63,048 nucleotides of DNA, filler included, from Actinomycetota bacterium (GCA_009886115.1; 5 parts of 5 records of this genome joined end to end with filler, not necessarily neighbours in it); one strand, 5' to 3'. Counted from the first letter of the whole stretch, positions 17,319 through 28,354 are shown. The notes: a model not told the origin generated them from the sequence alone. Program-made: numbers and translations.

Positions 17319-18914
17319 ATGCTCTCTGTGCGCGGCCTGTCGGTCGAGGTCGGCGGCCGCCTGACCCTCGAGAATGCCACCTTCACCTTGCGCGCCGGCG
17401 AGAAGGTGGGTCTCGTGGGGCGCAACGGCGCCGGCAAGACCAGCCTCCTGCGCGTGCTCTCGGGCGAGGCGCCAGCCGCAGCAGGTGTCGCGATCCACAA
17501 GGGCGCCTTGGGATATCTCCCCCAGGACCCCCGTCCCGAAGGCTCCGGCGTCGACTCCACCGGGCTGTCGCACATCCTTTCGGGCCGAGGCTTCGACGAG
17601 GCCCAGCGCCGCATCGAGAAGCTCCGCCTGCGCGTCGACGAAGAGCCCTCCGATCAGAACGTCGCCCGGTTCACCAAGGCCGAGGACGAGTTCCGCATGG
17701 CCGGGGGCTACGCGGCCGAGGGCGAGGTCCGCCGTATCGCCGCCGGGCTGGGGCTGAGCGGGTCGCGCCTCGACCTCCCCATCACGGCGCTGTCGGGCGG
17801 CGAGCGTCGCCGGGTGGAGCTCGGTCGCATCCTCTACGCCGGCAGCGACCTGCTCCTGCTCGACGAGCCGACGAACCATCTCGATGTCGACGCCAAGACG
17901 TGGCTGCTGGGCTACATGCGCACCTACAAGGGCGCGCTGCTCGTGGTGTCGCACGACCTGCTCCTGCTCGACGAAGCCATCACCCGTGTGCTGCACATCG
18001 ATGCCGGCACGATGGTCGAGTACAAGGGCACCTACTCGCAGTACAAAGGCTCGCGGAAGAAGGACGAGGAGCGCCAGGTCAAGGTGGCAGCCCGTCAACA
18101 GTCCGAGATCAGCCGGCTCAAGTCGCTGGCCGACTCCATGCGGGGCCAGACCGAGAACCGCGCCAAGACCGCCAAGGCGCTCGACACCCGCGTGGCGCGT
18201 CTCCAGGACGGGGTGGTCTCGATCGCCCGCTCCGACAAAGTCATCCAGCCTCGCTTTCCCGATCCGCCCCGTGCGGGCGAGACCGTGCTGCGCGTCGACC
18301 AGCTGTGCAAGGGCTTCGGCGGCCCATCGGTCTTCGACGACGTGACCTTCGACGTGGGCCGCGGCGAGCGGATGTTCGTGATGGGTCTCAACGGCGCCGG
18401 CAAGACCACCCTCATGCGCATCCTCGCCGGCGTGACCGAGGCCGATCTGGGCGTCGTCGAGCCCGGCCACAACGTTTCCGTGGGCTACTACGCCCAGGAG
18501 CACGAAGGGATCGTCCCCGGCCGCGATCTGCTGTGGCACATGCGCGAGGCCGCAGCCGGAGCCGTCGGCGACCAGACGCTCCGCGCGCTCCTCGGGATGT
18601 TCGGGCTCTCGGGCGAGATGGCCTTCCAGGATTCGGGCACGCTCTCGGGCGGCGAGAAGACCAAGTTGGCCCTGGCGCAGCTGGTCTGCGGCCGTCACAA
18701 CGTGCTGCTGCTCGACGAGCCCACGAACAACCTCGATCCCCCGTCGCGCACCGCCATCGGCGACGCGCTGTCGCGCTGGCCGGGATCGATCGTCCTCGTG
18801 AGCCACGACACCGAGTTCGTGCACCGGATGCAGCCCCAGCGGGTCTTGATGATGCCCGAAGGCGAGCTCGACTACTGGTCCGACGACCTGTTGGAGCTCG
18901 TGGCGCTGGCATGA
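17319..18914 (+). CDS. ABC-F family ATPase
   Basis: Two ABC cassettes (GRNGAGKT/LSGGE/DEPTNHLD; GLNGAGKT/LSGGE/DEPTNNLD), no TM. Confidence 0.93.
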   Translation: MLSVRGLSVEVGGRLTLENATFTLRAGEKVGLVGRNGAGKTSLLRVLSGEAPAAAGVAIHKGALGYLPQDPRPEGSGVDSTGLSHILSGRGFDEAQRRIEKLRLRVDEEPSDQNVARFTKAEDEFRMAGGYAAEGEVRRIAAGLGLSGSRLDLPITALSGGERRRVELGRILYAGSDLLLLDEPTNHLDVDAKTWLLGYMRTYKGALLVVSHDLLLLDEAITRVLHIDAGTMVEYKGTYSQYKGSRKKDEERQVKVAARQQSEISRLKSLADSMRGQTENRAKTAKALDTRVARLQDGVVSIARSDKVIQPRFPDPPRAGETVLRVDQLCKGFGGPSVFDDVTFDVGRGERMFVMGLNGAGKTTLMRILAGVTEADLGVVEPGHNVSVGYYAQEHEGIVPGRDLLWHMREAAAGAVGDQTLRALLGMFGLSGEMAFQDSGTLSGGEKTKLALAQLVCGRHNVLLLDEPTNNLDPPSRTAIGDALSRWPGSIVLVSHDTEFVHRMQPQRVLMMPEGELDYWSDDLLELVALA

Positions 18915-20482
18915 GGCCCATGCGGTCGTCGACGTTCGGGGCGACGGCACGGTGCGTCGCTGTCGCGCTCGCGCTCACGCTCGCCGCTGCCGCCTGTTCC
19001 GACGACGGCGATGGCGCGGCGGGCGAGCCCACGACCAAGCCGCCGGCCCGGGAAGCGACCACCACCACCCGCGCCACGTCCGGCGGCACCGGTCCACCAT
19101 CCTCGACATCGACCAGCGACCCTCCGCGAGCGACGACAACAGGGCCCGGCACCGAGCCCGGCGCCCCGGGCGGCATGGGGACCGCCGGCGTGGGCGACGA
19201 GTACTTCCCCGAGCTCGGCAACGGGGGCTACGACGTCGCTCACTACGACCTCGACCTCGCCTACGACCCCGAGACCGACGTGCTCGAGGGCGCGGTCACC
19301 ATCGAGGCTTCGGCCACCGACGACCTCCGCCGCTTCAACCTCGACCTCCTGGGCATGGACGTGAAGCTGATCTCGGTCGACGGGCGCCGCGCCGAGTTCC
19401 GCCGCAACGGCGGCGAGTTGGTCATCACCCCGTCGGCCCCGATCGAAACCGGCGAGGAGTTCGCGGTCGTCGTGGAGTACGAGGGGGTGCCCGAGCCCAG
19501 CGTCATCCCCGGCATCGAGGGCGACAACGGTTGGCTGACCACCCCCGAGGGGTCCCTCACCCTGAACCAGCCCGACGGGGCGCGAACCTGGCTGCCGAGC
19601 AACGACCACCCGTCCGACAAGGCGTCGTTCACCATACGGATCACCGCCCCCGACGACCTGGTCGCGGTGGCCAGCGGGGTGCTGGTGTCGTCGGAGCCGG
19701 ACCCCGACGACGACACCACGACGTGGGTGTGGGAAGCCCGCGATCAGATGGCGACGTACCTGCTGCAGGTGGCCATTGGCGACTTCGTGATCGAGGAGGA
19801 GACCGGGCCCGGCGGCCTCGCCCTGCGCCACGTGTTCTCGCGTTCGGTCGCCGACGACGCCCGGGCCCCGGCCTCGGCCACGTCCGAGCATCTCCGGGTA
19901 CTGGGCGAGGCGTTCGGGCCGTACCCCTTCGAGACCTATGGCATCCTGGTCCCCATCGGCGCTCCGCCGGGCCTGGCGCTCGAGACCCAGACCCTCTCGC
20001 TCATCCCCCCCGGCACCGTGGATGCGGAGCCGATCCTCGTGCACGAGTTGGCGCATCAGTGGTTCGGCGACGACGTGAGCCCCGCCCGCTGGCGCGACAT
20101 CTGGCTCAACGAGGGCTTCGCCACCTACGCCGAATGGATCTGGGAGGAGAGCCAGGGCCAGTCGATCGACAGCATCGCCCGACGGAACCACGACCTCCTC
20201 GCCGAGTCGGCATCGGACGTCGTCGTCTCCGACCCCGGGCTCGATGCCCTGTTCGGGTTCGAGATCTACGTTCGGGGCGCGATGACCCTGCACGCCCTGA
20301 GGGTCGAGGTGGGTGACGACCCGTTCTTCGAGATCCTCCAGACCTGGGTCGCGGAGTTCGGCGGCGGGTCGGCCACGACCGACGACTTCGTGAGGTTGGC
20401 CGAACGGGTCTCGGGCGAGGATCTGGGCGACCTGTTCCACGCATGGCTGGACGAAACCGACCTACCTCCCCTGCCGCGCTGA
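18911..20482 (+). CDS. M1 family metallopeptidase, lipoprotein
   Basis: Lipobox AAAC, YFPELGNGGYDV, ALETQ, HELAHQWFG, WLNEGFATYAE. Confidence 0.92.
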   Translation: MRPMRSSTFGATARCVAVALALTLAAAACSDDGDGAAGEPTTKPPAREATTTTRATSGGTGPPSSTSTSDPPRATTTGPGTEPGAPGGMGTAGVGDEYFPELGNGGYDVAHYDLDLAYDPETDVLEGAVTIEASATDDLRRFNLDLLGMDVKLISVDGRRAEFRRNGGELVITPSAPIETGEEFAVVVEYEGVPEPSVIPGIEGDNGWLTTPEGSLTLNQPDGARTWLPSNDHPSDKASFTIRITAPDDLVAVASGVLVSSEPDPDDDTTTWVWEARDQMATYLLQVAIGDFVIEEETGPGGLALRHVFSRSVADDARAPASATSEHLRVLGEAFGPYPFETYGILVPIGAPPGLALETQTLSLIPPGTVDAEPILVHELAHQWFGDDVSPARWRDIWLNEGFATYAEWIWEESQGQSIDSIARRNHDLLAESASDVVVSDPGLDALFGFEIYVRGAMTLHALRVEVGDDPFFEILQTWVAEFGGGSATTDDFVRLAERVSGEDLGDLFHAWLDETDLPPLPR

Positions 20483-20512
20483 AGTCTCCCGGCGATCCGT
20501 CGATGCACCGAG

Positions 20513-20946
20513 ATGGTCCTTCGCCGACCCCGTCGCCGTCGCCGGCATCCCGCGCGCCGAGCCCGGCGCATCGTGGGTGTCACCAGCTCGGTCACGATCT
20601 GCGCGATCGTCGCTGGGATGTCGGCGGCGAACCGGGTCGAAGCCGGTGCCGGAGCAGCCGATGCCGACGCGCCCGGATCGCTGTCGGCAGCGGCGCTGGC
20701 AGGCGACGTGACGATCTCGGTCCCCACCACGAGACGATCGCTCCTGTCGCCGACCACCACGACATCGGGACCCTCGTTCTCGTCGTCCGAGCCGTCGTGG
20801 CCGGAGCTGGGACTCTCGGGCCTGGCCCCGGCCCCGACCTTGGCCCCCGCCCCGACCCTGGCCCCGGCCACTGCCCCCGAGCTCCCACCCGAGGCCGCAG
20901 CCGGGAGCGGACCGGCAGGCAGCTTCGCTCCGGCTCCGGCTCCGGC
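20513..20946 (+). CDS. Exported Pro/Ala-rich protein, truncated by contig end
   Basis: Basic N-terminus, TM/signal, APAPTL repeats. Confidence 0.45.
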
Positions 20947-21046
20947 NNNNNNNNNNNNNNNNNNNNNNNNNNNNNNNNNNNNNNNNNNNNTTAATTAATT
21001 AANNNNNNNNNNNNNNNNNNNNNNNNNNNNNNNNNNNNNNNNNNNN
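20947..21046. other. Artificial contig linker
   Basis: N-run around TTAATTAATTAA (six-frame stop spacer). Confidence 0.98.
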
Positions 21047-21179
21047 CGTCAGCGGTCATCGGGCTGCGGGCATGGTCGGCCAGCTCGTGGTGACCGAGAC
21101 GACAGACCTGGTGCCGGTCGGCGGGATCGCCGACGGCGAGGGCGAGGCACCGGCGGGGGAGTGACCGGGGCCGGGAGCC

Positions 21180-22115
21180 TTACGCCGGTCCGAGCATCCG
21201 CAACGCTCCGGGGTCGACGGTGACCTCGGTGGGGAGCGCCCCGATGCGCTCGCCGTCGCCGTAGCTCTCGATCGGCACCGAGGGGTCGAGCGACTCCAGG
21301 TTCACCCGGCGGGCCCGGGCCGTCTTTACCAGGGGATGGGCGACGTGGCGACCCGAGAACACGCCCGGGAATGTGCGGAGGAACCCGGGCCGGCTGATCG
21401 GGCCCACCACGATCACGTCGAGGAGCCCGTCGTCGAACCGGGCGTGGGGAGCGATGCGCATGCCGCCGCCGTAGCTCGCCGTGTTGGCCACGGCCACGAG
21501 CCAGGCCGTGATCTCCCGGCTGGGCCCGTCGTCGATGCTGAGGCGGAAGCGGTGGGGCCGGTAGGTGGCGAGCGTCCGGGCCACCGCAGCCAGGTACAGG
21601 GGCGTCCCTCCGAAGCGCGTGACCGTGTTGGCCCACCGGTTGGCCTCGCTGTCGAAGCCGCTCGCCGCCACGGTGAGCACCACCCGCCCGTTGGCTCGGG
21701 CCACGTCGACCGTCCGCACGCCGGCCCGACCGGGTTCGAGGAGGCGCAGCGCGGCCACGGGATCACGATGATCGAGATCGAGTGCCCGGGCCATGTCGTT
21801 GCCCGAGCCCAGCGGCACGATCCCCAGCACGCCGCGATGCTCGATGGCGACGGGGGCCAGCTGGTTCGCCAACCCGTCGCCGCCTCCCGCCACGACCGCC
21901 CGGCCCCGGGCGAATGCGTCTGCCGCGATGCGGGCCGGCTCCTCGGGCGTGGTCGAGACCCGCAGCTCGATGTCGACCCCGTCCCGAACGAGCGAACCCG
22001 CCGCCGCGGCCAGGGCCGGGAGCGCCTTCTGGGCCCGGCCCCGCCCGGCCACCGGGTTCACGATGATCGTGAATGAAGCGGGGACGGTGTTCACGTCGGG
22101 CACGAGGCGAGACAT
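21180..22115 (-). CDS. Diacylglycerol/lipid kinase family (YegS/BmrU)
   Basis: IVNPVAGRG, GGGDG, PLGSGNDMAR, NTASYGGGM, DDGLLDV, GDGE. Confidence 0.9.
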   Translation of the reverse strand: MSRLVPDVNTVPASFTIIVNPVAGRGRAQKALPALAAAAGSLVRDGVDIELRVSTTPEEPARIAADAFARGRAVVAGGGDGLANQLAPVAIEHRGVLGIVPLGSGNDMARALDLDHRDPVAALRLLEPGRAGVRTVDVARANGRVVLTVAASGFDSEANRWANTVTRFGGTPLYLAAVARTLATYRPHRFRLSIDDGPSREITAWLVAVANTASYGGGMRIAPHARFDDGLLDVIVVGPISRPGFLRTFPGVFSGRHVAHPLVKTARARRVNLESLDPSVPIESYGDGERIGALPTEVTVDPGALRMLGPA

Positions 22116-22130
22116 TAGGGTGCTGGAGCC

Positions 22131-22940
22131 ATGACGCAGGAACGCCCCGATCACGGAGTCGACCGTCGGCACCTGCCCCGGCACGTGGCCGTGGTCATGG
22201 ACGGCAACGGGCGCTGGGCCCGGATGCGCGGGCTTCCTCGGACCGAGGGCCACGGCGCCGGCGAGGCCGCCCTGCTCGACACGGTGCGCGGCGCGGTCGC
22301 TATCGGTCTGCCCTTCCTCACGGTCTACGCGTTCTCGACCGAGAACTGGCGCCGGCCGATCGAGGAAGTCCGGTACCTGATGTGGTTCAACCAGAACCTG
22401 CTGCGCACCCGTCGAGACGAGCTCAACGACCTCGGGGTGCGCATCCGGTTCATCGGCCGCCGCGGGGGCCGGGTGCCCCGCCGGGTGCTGCGCGACATCG
22501 AGGAAGCCGAGGCCCTCACGGCCAGGAATCGCACCATGGACTTCGTGATCGCGTTCAACTATGGCGGACGGGCCGAGATCGTCGACGCCGTGCGTCGCAT
22601 CGGGGCCAACGTCGCTGCCGGGCGCCTCGATCCGACCAAGATCGACGAGCGGACCGTCACCCGTCATCTCTATGCGCCCGACATGCCCGATGTCGACCTG
22701 CTCATCCGCAGCTCGGGTGAGCAGCGGGTCTCGAACTACCTGCTCTGGCAGATCGCCTACGCCGAGATGACCTTCCCCGACGTGCTCTGGCCCGATTTCC
22801 GCCGGGAGCACCTGTATCAGGCGATCAGGCAGTACCAGGGCCGTCAGCGTCGCTATGGGGGCGTCGCATCCGAGACGCCGGGCTCGCCAGACACGCCAGA
22901 GTGGGCGGAGTCGGGGGATCCGCCGGAGCCGCACTCCTGA
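22131..22940 (+). CDS. uppS: Polyprenyl diphosphate synthase
   Basis: HVAVVMDGNGRWA, YAFSTENWRR, NYGGRAEI, DLLIRSSGEQRVSNYLLWQ. Confidence 0.95.
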   Translation: MTQERPDHGVDRRHLPRHVAVVMDGNGRWARMRGLPRTEGHGAGEAALLDTVRGAVAIGLPFLTVYAFSTENWRRPIEEVRYLMWFNQNLLRTRRDELNDLGVRIRFIGRRGGRVPRRVLRDIEEAEALTARNRTMDFVIAFNYGGRAEIVDAVRRIGANVAAGRLDPTKIDERTVTRHLYAPDMPDVDLLIRSSGEQRVSNYLLWQIAYAEMTFPDVLWPDFRREHLYQAIRQYQGRQRRYGGVASETPGSPDTPEWAESGDPPEPHS

Positions 22941-22994
22941 GCGTCGTCGCCGCGCCTCAAGCTTTCGACCCCGGAGGTCGATCTCTCTCGGGTC

Positions 22995-23561
22995 ATGGCC
23001 AGGTCAGACCGCATCGCCGCCGACATCGCCCCACTGCTCGCGGTTGGTGACCCGATCCAGGGGAGCTTCCGGGCCCGGGCCGGGATCCACCCGCTGTCGT
23101 GGGGTGTGTGCGTGGTCCCCCTCCTCATCGCCACCCGGGCTCCCGGGAGCGTGGGGTTCTGGGCGGTCGTCGCTCCCGCCAGCGCTCTGGCTCTGGCCGT
23201 GGTGCTCTCGACGCTCATGCGCCACCGGATCGTCGCTGTGACCGGCTCGGCCATCGTGATGTTCTCGTGCATCCCCATGCTGACGTCGCGGATCCGCCGG
23301 GTGCACACCTGGCTCCCCCGCACCGCACCCCTCGTCGTGAGCGCCGACGGCACATGGAGGCGCCTGTCGACGGGTCACGAGCGTCTGTGGATCCACCACG
23401 GTGTCGCATCGCTCGTCGCCGGTCTGACGGCTCCCACCCCCGACGGTGATGCCGCGCCGGACGGCGACCCCGCAGCGGACGACGGCGAACTGACCGAGCC
23501 CGTCCCCGAGCCTGCCGAGCGGGAATCGGTCGATCGGCTGAAGGTCTCGGCCGAGGGCTGA
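22995..23561 (+). CDS. Hypothetical membrane protein
   Basis: Hydrophobic ORF co-oriented between uppS and recO. Confidence 0.5.
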   Translation: MARSDRIAADIAPLLAVGDPIQGSFRARAGIHPLSWGVCVVPLLIATRAPGSVGFWAVVAPASALALAVVLSTLMRHRIVAVTGSAIVMFSCIPMLTSRIRRVHTWLPRTAPLVVSADGTWRRLSTGHERLWIHHGVASLVAGLTAPTPDGDAAPDGDPAADDGELTEPVPEPAERESVDRLKVSAEG

Positions 23562-23590
23562 ACCACACGCGTGTCACTACACTCACGGGC

Positions 23591-24427
23591 GTGGGTCTCT
23601 ACCGCGACCAAGGGGTCGTGCTGCGCACGGTGAAGCTCGGAGAGGCCGACCGGATCGTCAACATCCTGAGCCAGAGCCGAGGCAAGATCCGGGCCGTCGC
23701 CAAGGGTGTGCGCAAGCCCGGGAGCCGCAACGGATCGCGCCTGGAGCCCACGTCGCACGTGATGTTCCAGTGCTACGAGGGCCGCGAGCTCGATGTCGTC
23801 ACCCAGGTCGAGACGGTCGACGCGTTCCGTCATCTGCGTGACGACTACGCCTCGCTCACCTCGGCCTTGGCGATGGTCGAGGCCACCGACCAGGTGGCCC
23901 AGGAGCGCGCAGCCAACCAGCCCCTCTACCAGATGCTGGTGCGGGCTCTGCGGACGCTCGACGAGCAGCGGGCGCCGCTGGTTGCTTCGGCGTTCTTCTG
24001 GAAGCTGCTCTCGCTGGAGGGGTTTCACCCCATGCTCGAGCACTGCGCAGGCTGCGGGCGGGCCGAGCCCGACGGGGGCTTCGACGTGCTCGACCTGGAA
24101 GCCGGCGGGGTGCTGTGTCAGACGTGCGCCGGACCGTTCCCCCGGCGGGTCGAGCCCGACGTGCTGGCGATGGTCCAGCGCATGCTGGGGGGCGATCTCC
24201 GGCGCGTGCTGGCCGAGCCCGACAGCCCGCTCGTGCGCGACGTCGAGCGGCTCGCCCTCGACGCGCTCGAGCACCACGTCGAGCGTCGTCTCCGCTCGGC
24301 CCCGCTGCTCGCATCGCTGCACGGCCGGCAGGGCCATTGGAACGATGCCGCCGGCGGGGGTCCGCATCCGAGCATCGGGATCCCCGTCGAGGTGGGTTCG
24401 TCCCGGTCCGAAGCTCTCGAGCCCTAG
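23591..24427 (+). CDS. recO: DNA repair protein RecO
   Basis: LGEADRIV, GKIRAVAKGVRK, CAGC...CQTC zinc motif. Confidence 0.95.
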   Translation: MGLYRDQGVVLRTVKLGEADRIVNILSQSRGKIRAVAKGVRKPGSRNGSRLEPTSHVMFQCYEGRELDVVTQVETVDAFRHLRDDYASLTSALAMVEATDQVAQERAANQPLYQMLVRALRTLDEQRAPLVASAFFWKLLSLEGFHPMLEHCAGCGRAEPDGGFDVLDLEAGGVLCQTCAGPFPRRVEPDVLAMVQRMLGGDLRRVLAEPDSPLVRDVERLALDALEHHVERRLRSAPLLASLHGRQGHWNDAAGGGPHPSIGIPVEVGSSRSEALEP

Positions 24428-24447
24428 ACCTCTACCATCGGCGGCGC

Positions 24448-25311
24448 GTGGCCACCTGCTTTCATCACCCCGACCGTGAGACCGGACGATCCTGCACCCG
24501 GTGCGGACGTCCGGCCTGCCCGGAGTGCCTGCACGATGCGCCGGTCGGATCGCACTGCTTCGAGTGCCTGCGCCAGGCGCCTCCGATCGTGCGCTACCGG
24601 CCGCCCAAGCCTGGCCAGACGAGCCGAGCGGGTGGGGGGGCCCGCTTCACGGTCACCAACGCCATCATCGCCATCAACGTGGCCGTGTTCGTCGTGGGGC
24701 TGGGGATGGGCAGCGACATCGCCCGCGGCGGGGGTGACCTGGCGCTCGACCTGGGCCTGTTCGGCCCGTTCATCGACCGCGACCTCGAGTACTGGCGCCT
24801 GCTCACGTCGGGGTTCATGCACTACGGCATCATCCACCTGGGGTTCAACATGTTCGTGCTGTTCCGGATGGGCGAGACGCTCGAGACCGGGATCGGCAAG
24901 CTCCGATTCTCGGCCCTGTACCTGGCGGCCCTGCTCGCCGGCTCGTGCGGTGCGCTCGTGGCGTCCCCCGAATCGCTGACGGCCGGGGCCTCGGGTGCGG
25001 TCTACGGGCTGTTCGGCGCCATGGCCCTCGGTCTGCGCTCGCGTGGCTTGAGCGTCTGGCAGTCGGGGATCGGCCCGCTCATCGCCATCAACCTCTTGTT
25101 GACGTTCACCATCCCCAACGTCTCCGTCGGCGGCCACATCGGTGGCCTCGTCGGCGGCGGGTTGTGTGCGGTGGGAATCTTCGGCCCCAGCGCCCTCGCC
25201 GGCCGTCAGTCCGGCAAGCCCCCGAAAATGCTGGTCGGCCTGCTCACCTGCCTGGCCGTCGCTGCCGTCTCGGTGGCCGGCGCCCTCGCCGCCGCGTCCG
25301 CAGCCTCCTGA
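24448..25311 (+). CDS. Rhomboid intramembrane serine protease with N-terminal Zn finger
   Basis: CFHHPDRETGRSCTRCGRPACPEC; WRLLT..FMH..HLGFN, GASGA, GHIGG. Confidence 0.92.
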   Translation: MATCFHHPDRETGRSCTRCGRPACPECLHDAPVGSHCFECLRQAPPIVRYRPPKPGQTSRAGGGARFTVTNAIIAINVAVFVVGLGMGSDIARGGGDLALDLGLFGPFIDRDLEYWRLLTSGFMHYGIIHLGFNMFVLFRMGETLETGIGKLRFSALYLAALLAGSCGALVASPESLTAGASGAVYGLFGAMALGLRSRGLSVWQSGIGPLIAINLLLTFTIPNVSVGGHIGGLVGGGLCAVGIFGPSALAGRQSGKPPKMLVGLLTCLAVAAVSVAGALAAASAAS

Positions 25312-25350
25312 CCGCCCAGACCCGCCAGACCAGACCCGCCCAGACCCGTC

Positions 25351-25400
25351 CCAAATGTGCGCGGAAATGCGCACCCCGTGAGCATTTCCGCGCACATTTC
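25351..25400. repeat. REP-like palindrome copy 1, between convergent genes (possible bidirectional terminator)
   Basis: AAATGTGCGCGGAAATGC / GCATTTCCGCGCACATTT perfect 18-bp stem; near-identical copy at 52971. Confidence 0.85.
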
Positions 25401-25422
25401 GGGGGGTGGGGGGTGGGGGCGG

Positions 25423-25953
25423 CTAGAGGGTCAGGCGGTACTCGAGCAGCTGGCGCTCGGGATCGTCGCCCTGCGCCAGAGTCCGCACGAACCCGAGCCG
25501 CTCGTAGAGGCGGACGGCCGCGGCCATGAACGTGGCCGTGTGCAGCATCAGTTCGTGGGCGCCTTGGGCCCGGGCTCGTCGGATGCATTCGTCGACCAGC
25601 ACCCGTCCGACGCCGAGGCCCCGGCCGTGCGGGGTGACCGCCAGCAGACGGAACCCGGGGACGGGCGTCTCGGCGACACCGACGCCCAGCGACGAGTGGC
25701 GGTAGGCCGGGAAGTACGTGACCACGCCGAGCCGCTGGCCACCGTCACGGTCGGGGCGAACGGCCACGATGAGCTGGCTCTCGTGGAGCCGGTCGGCCGC
25801 GGCGGCGATGTCGCTGGTGTACGCAGCCCAGTGCTCGGGCGGGAACCGGGGCTCGTGCTCGGCGTAGCCGGCGAGCATGATCTCGACCAGGTCGTCGACC
25901 TCGTCGGGACGACCGTCACGTACGTGCAGCTCGATCGGCCCGTGATCCACCAT
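25423..25953 (-). CDS. GNAT family N-acetyltransferase
   Basis: [26 protein letters not shown]. Confidence 0.9.
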   Translation of the reverse strand: MVDHGPIELHVRDGRPDEVDDLVEIMLAGYAEHEPRFPPEHWAAYTSDIAAAADRLHESQLIVAVRPDRDGGQRLGVVTYFPAYRHSSLGVGVAETPVPGFRLLAVTPHGRGLGVGRVLVDECIRRARAQGAHELMLHTATFMAAAVRLYERLGFVRTLAQGDDPERQLLEYRLTL

Positions 25954-26008
25954 CGAGCCAGGTTACGAGAGCGGGCTGGGGCCGACCATCCAAGTACCAT
26001 CCGGCCCC

Positions 26009-27319
26009 ATGCCTTCCCCCGATCTCGACCGCATCGTCAACCTGGCCAAGCGGCGGGGCTTCGTGTTCCCGTCGAGCGAGATCTACGGGGGGTTCCGATC
26101 GACCTGGGACTACGGCCCCCTCGGCGTCGAGCTCAAGCGCAACGTGAAGAATGCCTGGTGGAAGGCCATGGTGCACGATCGCGACGACGTGGTCGGTCTC
26201 GACTCGGCCATCCTCATGGCGCCTCGGGTCTGGGAGGCGAGTGGTCACCTGGCGACGTTCACCGATCCCCTGGTCGATTGCACGGTGTGTCAGCGCCGGT
26301 TCCGCCAGGACCAGCTCGAGACCCGTGACTGTCCCCGCGACGGCCTTGTGTGCGCGTTCACCGACGCCCGTCCGTTCAACTTGATGTTCAAGACCTTCGT
26401 CGGTCCGGTGGAGGACGAAGCGGCCGTGGCGTACCTCCGGCCGGAGACGGCCCAGGGCATCTTCGTGAACTTCGCCAACGTGCAGACGACGTCGCGGAAG
26501 AAGCCGCCGTTCGGCATCGCCCAGATCGGCAAGTCGTTCCGCAACGAGATCACGCCGGGCAACTTCATCTTCCGAACCCGCGAGTTCGAGCAGATGGAGA
26601 TGGAGTTCTTCGTGCCGCCCGACCAGGGCTCCACCTGGTTCGAGTACTGGTGCGCGACGAGGTTCGCGTGGTACCAGGATCTCGGTATCGCCGCCGAGCG
26701 CCTGCGGCTGCGCCAGCACGAGACCGACGAGCTCTCGCACTACTCCACCGGCACCGCCGACGTGGAGTACGAGTACCCGTGGGGCTGGGGCGAGCTCGAG
26801 GGCATCGCCAACCGCACGAGCTACGACCTCACCCAGCACGCCACCTTCAGCGGGCAGGACCTCTCGTACTTCGACCAGGAAACCAACTCCCGTTACGTCC
26901 CGCACGTCATCGAGCCCGCGGCCGGCGCCGATCGGGCGACGCTGGCGTTCCTCCTCGACGCCTACGAGGAGGAGGAGGTCAAGGGCGAGACCCGGTCGGT
27001 GCTACGCCTCGATCCCCGTCTGGCCCCGGTCAAGGTGGCGGTCCTGCCGTTGTCGAAGAACGAACGGCTGTCACCGACGGCCAAGGAGGTACGCGACCTC
27101 GTGCGGTCGCGCTACTTCGTCGACTACGACGAAGCCGGCTCGATCGGCCGTCGCTATCGCCGCCAGGACGAGGTGGGCACACCGGCGTGCGTGACCGTCG
27201 ACTTCGAGACCATCGACGACCGAGCCGTGACCGTGCGCGATCGCGACACGATGCTCCAAGACCGCGTGTCGCTCGACCGGCTCCTCGGCTACCTCGCCGA
27301 TCGCCTCCCCGGCGTCTGA
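26009..27319 (+). CDS. glyQS: Glycine--tRNA ligase (alpha2 type)
   Basis: [62 protein letters not shown]. Confidence 0.97.
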   Translation: MPSPDLDRIVNLAKRRGFVFPSSEIYGGFRSTWDYGPLGVELKRNVKNAWWKAMVHDRDDVVGLDSAILMAPRVWEASGHLATFTDPLVDCTVCQRRFRQDQLETRDCPRDGLVCAFTDARPFNLMFKTFVGPVEDEAAVAYLRPETAQGIFVNFANVQTTSRKKPPFGIAQIGKSFRNEITPGNFIFRTREFEQMEMEFFVPPDQGSTWFEYWCATRFAWYQDLGIAAERLRLRQHETDELSHYSTGTADVEYEYPWGWGELEGIANRTSYDLTQHATFSGQDLSYFDQETNSRYVPHVIEPAAGADRATLAFLLDAYEEEEVKGETRSVLRLDPRLAPVKVAVLPLSKNERLSPTAKEVRDLVRSRYFVDYDEAGSIGRRYRRQDEVGTPACVTVDFETIDDRAVTVRDRDTMLQDRVSLDRLLGYLADRLPGV

Positions 27320-27323
27320 ACCC

Positions 27324-28016
27324 GTGGTCAGCCCGGCGGACGTGCACGTCGAGCGCACCGGCACCGGCCCGGCGGTGATCTTCTCGCACGGGATCGGCGA
27401 CACCCACACCGTGTGGCGCCACCAGGTGGGTCCCATCGCCGAGGCGGGCCACGAGAGCGTGGCCTACGACCTGCGAGGCCACGGTGCTTCGCCCCGTCCT
27501 GACGACGAGTCGGCCTACTCGCGGGAGATCGCCGTTGCCGACCTGTCGGCGCTCGTGGACCTCGCGGCCCGAGCCATCGGTCCCCGGCCGGTGCTCGTCG
27601 GCCACTCGCTCGGCGGGTACCTCTCGTTGATGTTGGCGATCACCCAACCGGGACGGGTGAGGGGGCTGGTGCTCGTCGCCGCCGGTCCCGGGTTTCGCGA
27701 TCCCGAGGCCCGGGCGAAGTGGAACGGGTCGATGGACCGTCTCGTGGCCCGGCTCGGCCTGCCTGGCCCCGTGGCCCGGTTGGCGCACATGCACGACGAT
27801 CTCGTGATCAGCCGGCTGGCGGAGGTCGACGTCCCGGTGCTGCTGCTCGTCGGCGGCGAAGATGTCCGGTTCCTCCCCGGCGTGCAGGTCCTGGCGGCCA
27901 AGATCCCCGGGGCCCGACTCGAGGTTCTCGAGGGCGCGGGCCACGCCGTCCACGAGGACCGCGCCGACGAGGTGAATCGGACGATGTGCGCGTTCCTGGC
28001 TGGCCTGGACGGCTGA
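27324..28016 (+). CDS. Alpha/beta hydrolase
   Basis: HG, YDLRGHG, GHSLGG, GGED, GAGH. Confidence 0.9.
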   Translation: MVSPADVHVERTGTGPAVIFSHGIGDTHTVWRHQVGPIAEAGHESVAYDLRGHGASPRPDDESAYSREIAVADLSALVDLAARAIGPRPVLVGHSLGGYLSLMLAITQPGRVRGLVLVAAGPGFRDPEARAKWNGSMDRLVARLGLPGPVARLAHMHDDLVISRLAEVDVPVLLLVGGEDVRFLPGVQVLAAKIPGARLEVLEGAGHAVHEDRADEVNRTMCAFLAGLDG

Positions 28017-28171
28017 ACCGAGCGATCGGCGGGGTCGATCCTGCCGCCCTGTGGCGACACTCCGTGGCGAAACGCGCTTCTCGCCGGCCCGAAAACCTGA
28101 ACTCCGGCAGCGCGAATTTCCGGTATTGCGTGGCGTTCCGAGGCATTCCTCCATGTTTTTGTCCCTGTTCG

Positions 28172-28185
28172 TACCCCTAGGGGTA
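28172..28185. promoter_or_regulatory. Perfect 14-bp palindrome TACCCCTAGGGGTA (possible operator)
   Basis: In the lower-GC intergenic region upstream of the bldC-like gene. Confidence 0.35.
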
Positions 28186-28354
28186 TACGGCGCATCGACA
28201 AAGATTGCCACGCAGAGTCACAATGAGTCCGGCGACCTATTGCCCGAAGCCTCTCGTCATCCGATCATGCGGTTGCCGTAGGCGACAGATACGTCGTAGG
28301 GCACCGGAACCCCGTCCCGGGGCGAGGTGATCCGAGGAACAAGGAGGACGGCAC

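Noticed and set aside
16775..20482. 1235-aa ORF as one giant protein
   Set aside because: Only 18911-20482 is the M1 peptidase. The rest is an alternate frame over the ABC-F gene, as expected in high-GC DNA.
28040..28345. Riboswitch or fourth REP copy upstream of the bldC-like gene
   Set aside because: It shares only CACTCCGTG with REP copy 2, and I recognised no glycine, SAM, c-di-AMP or c-di-GMP riboswitch consensus. An Rfam search is needed.
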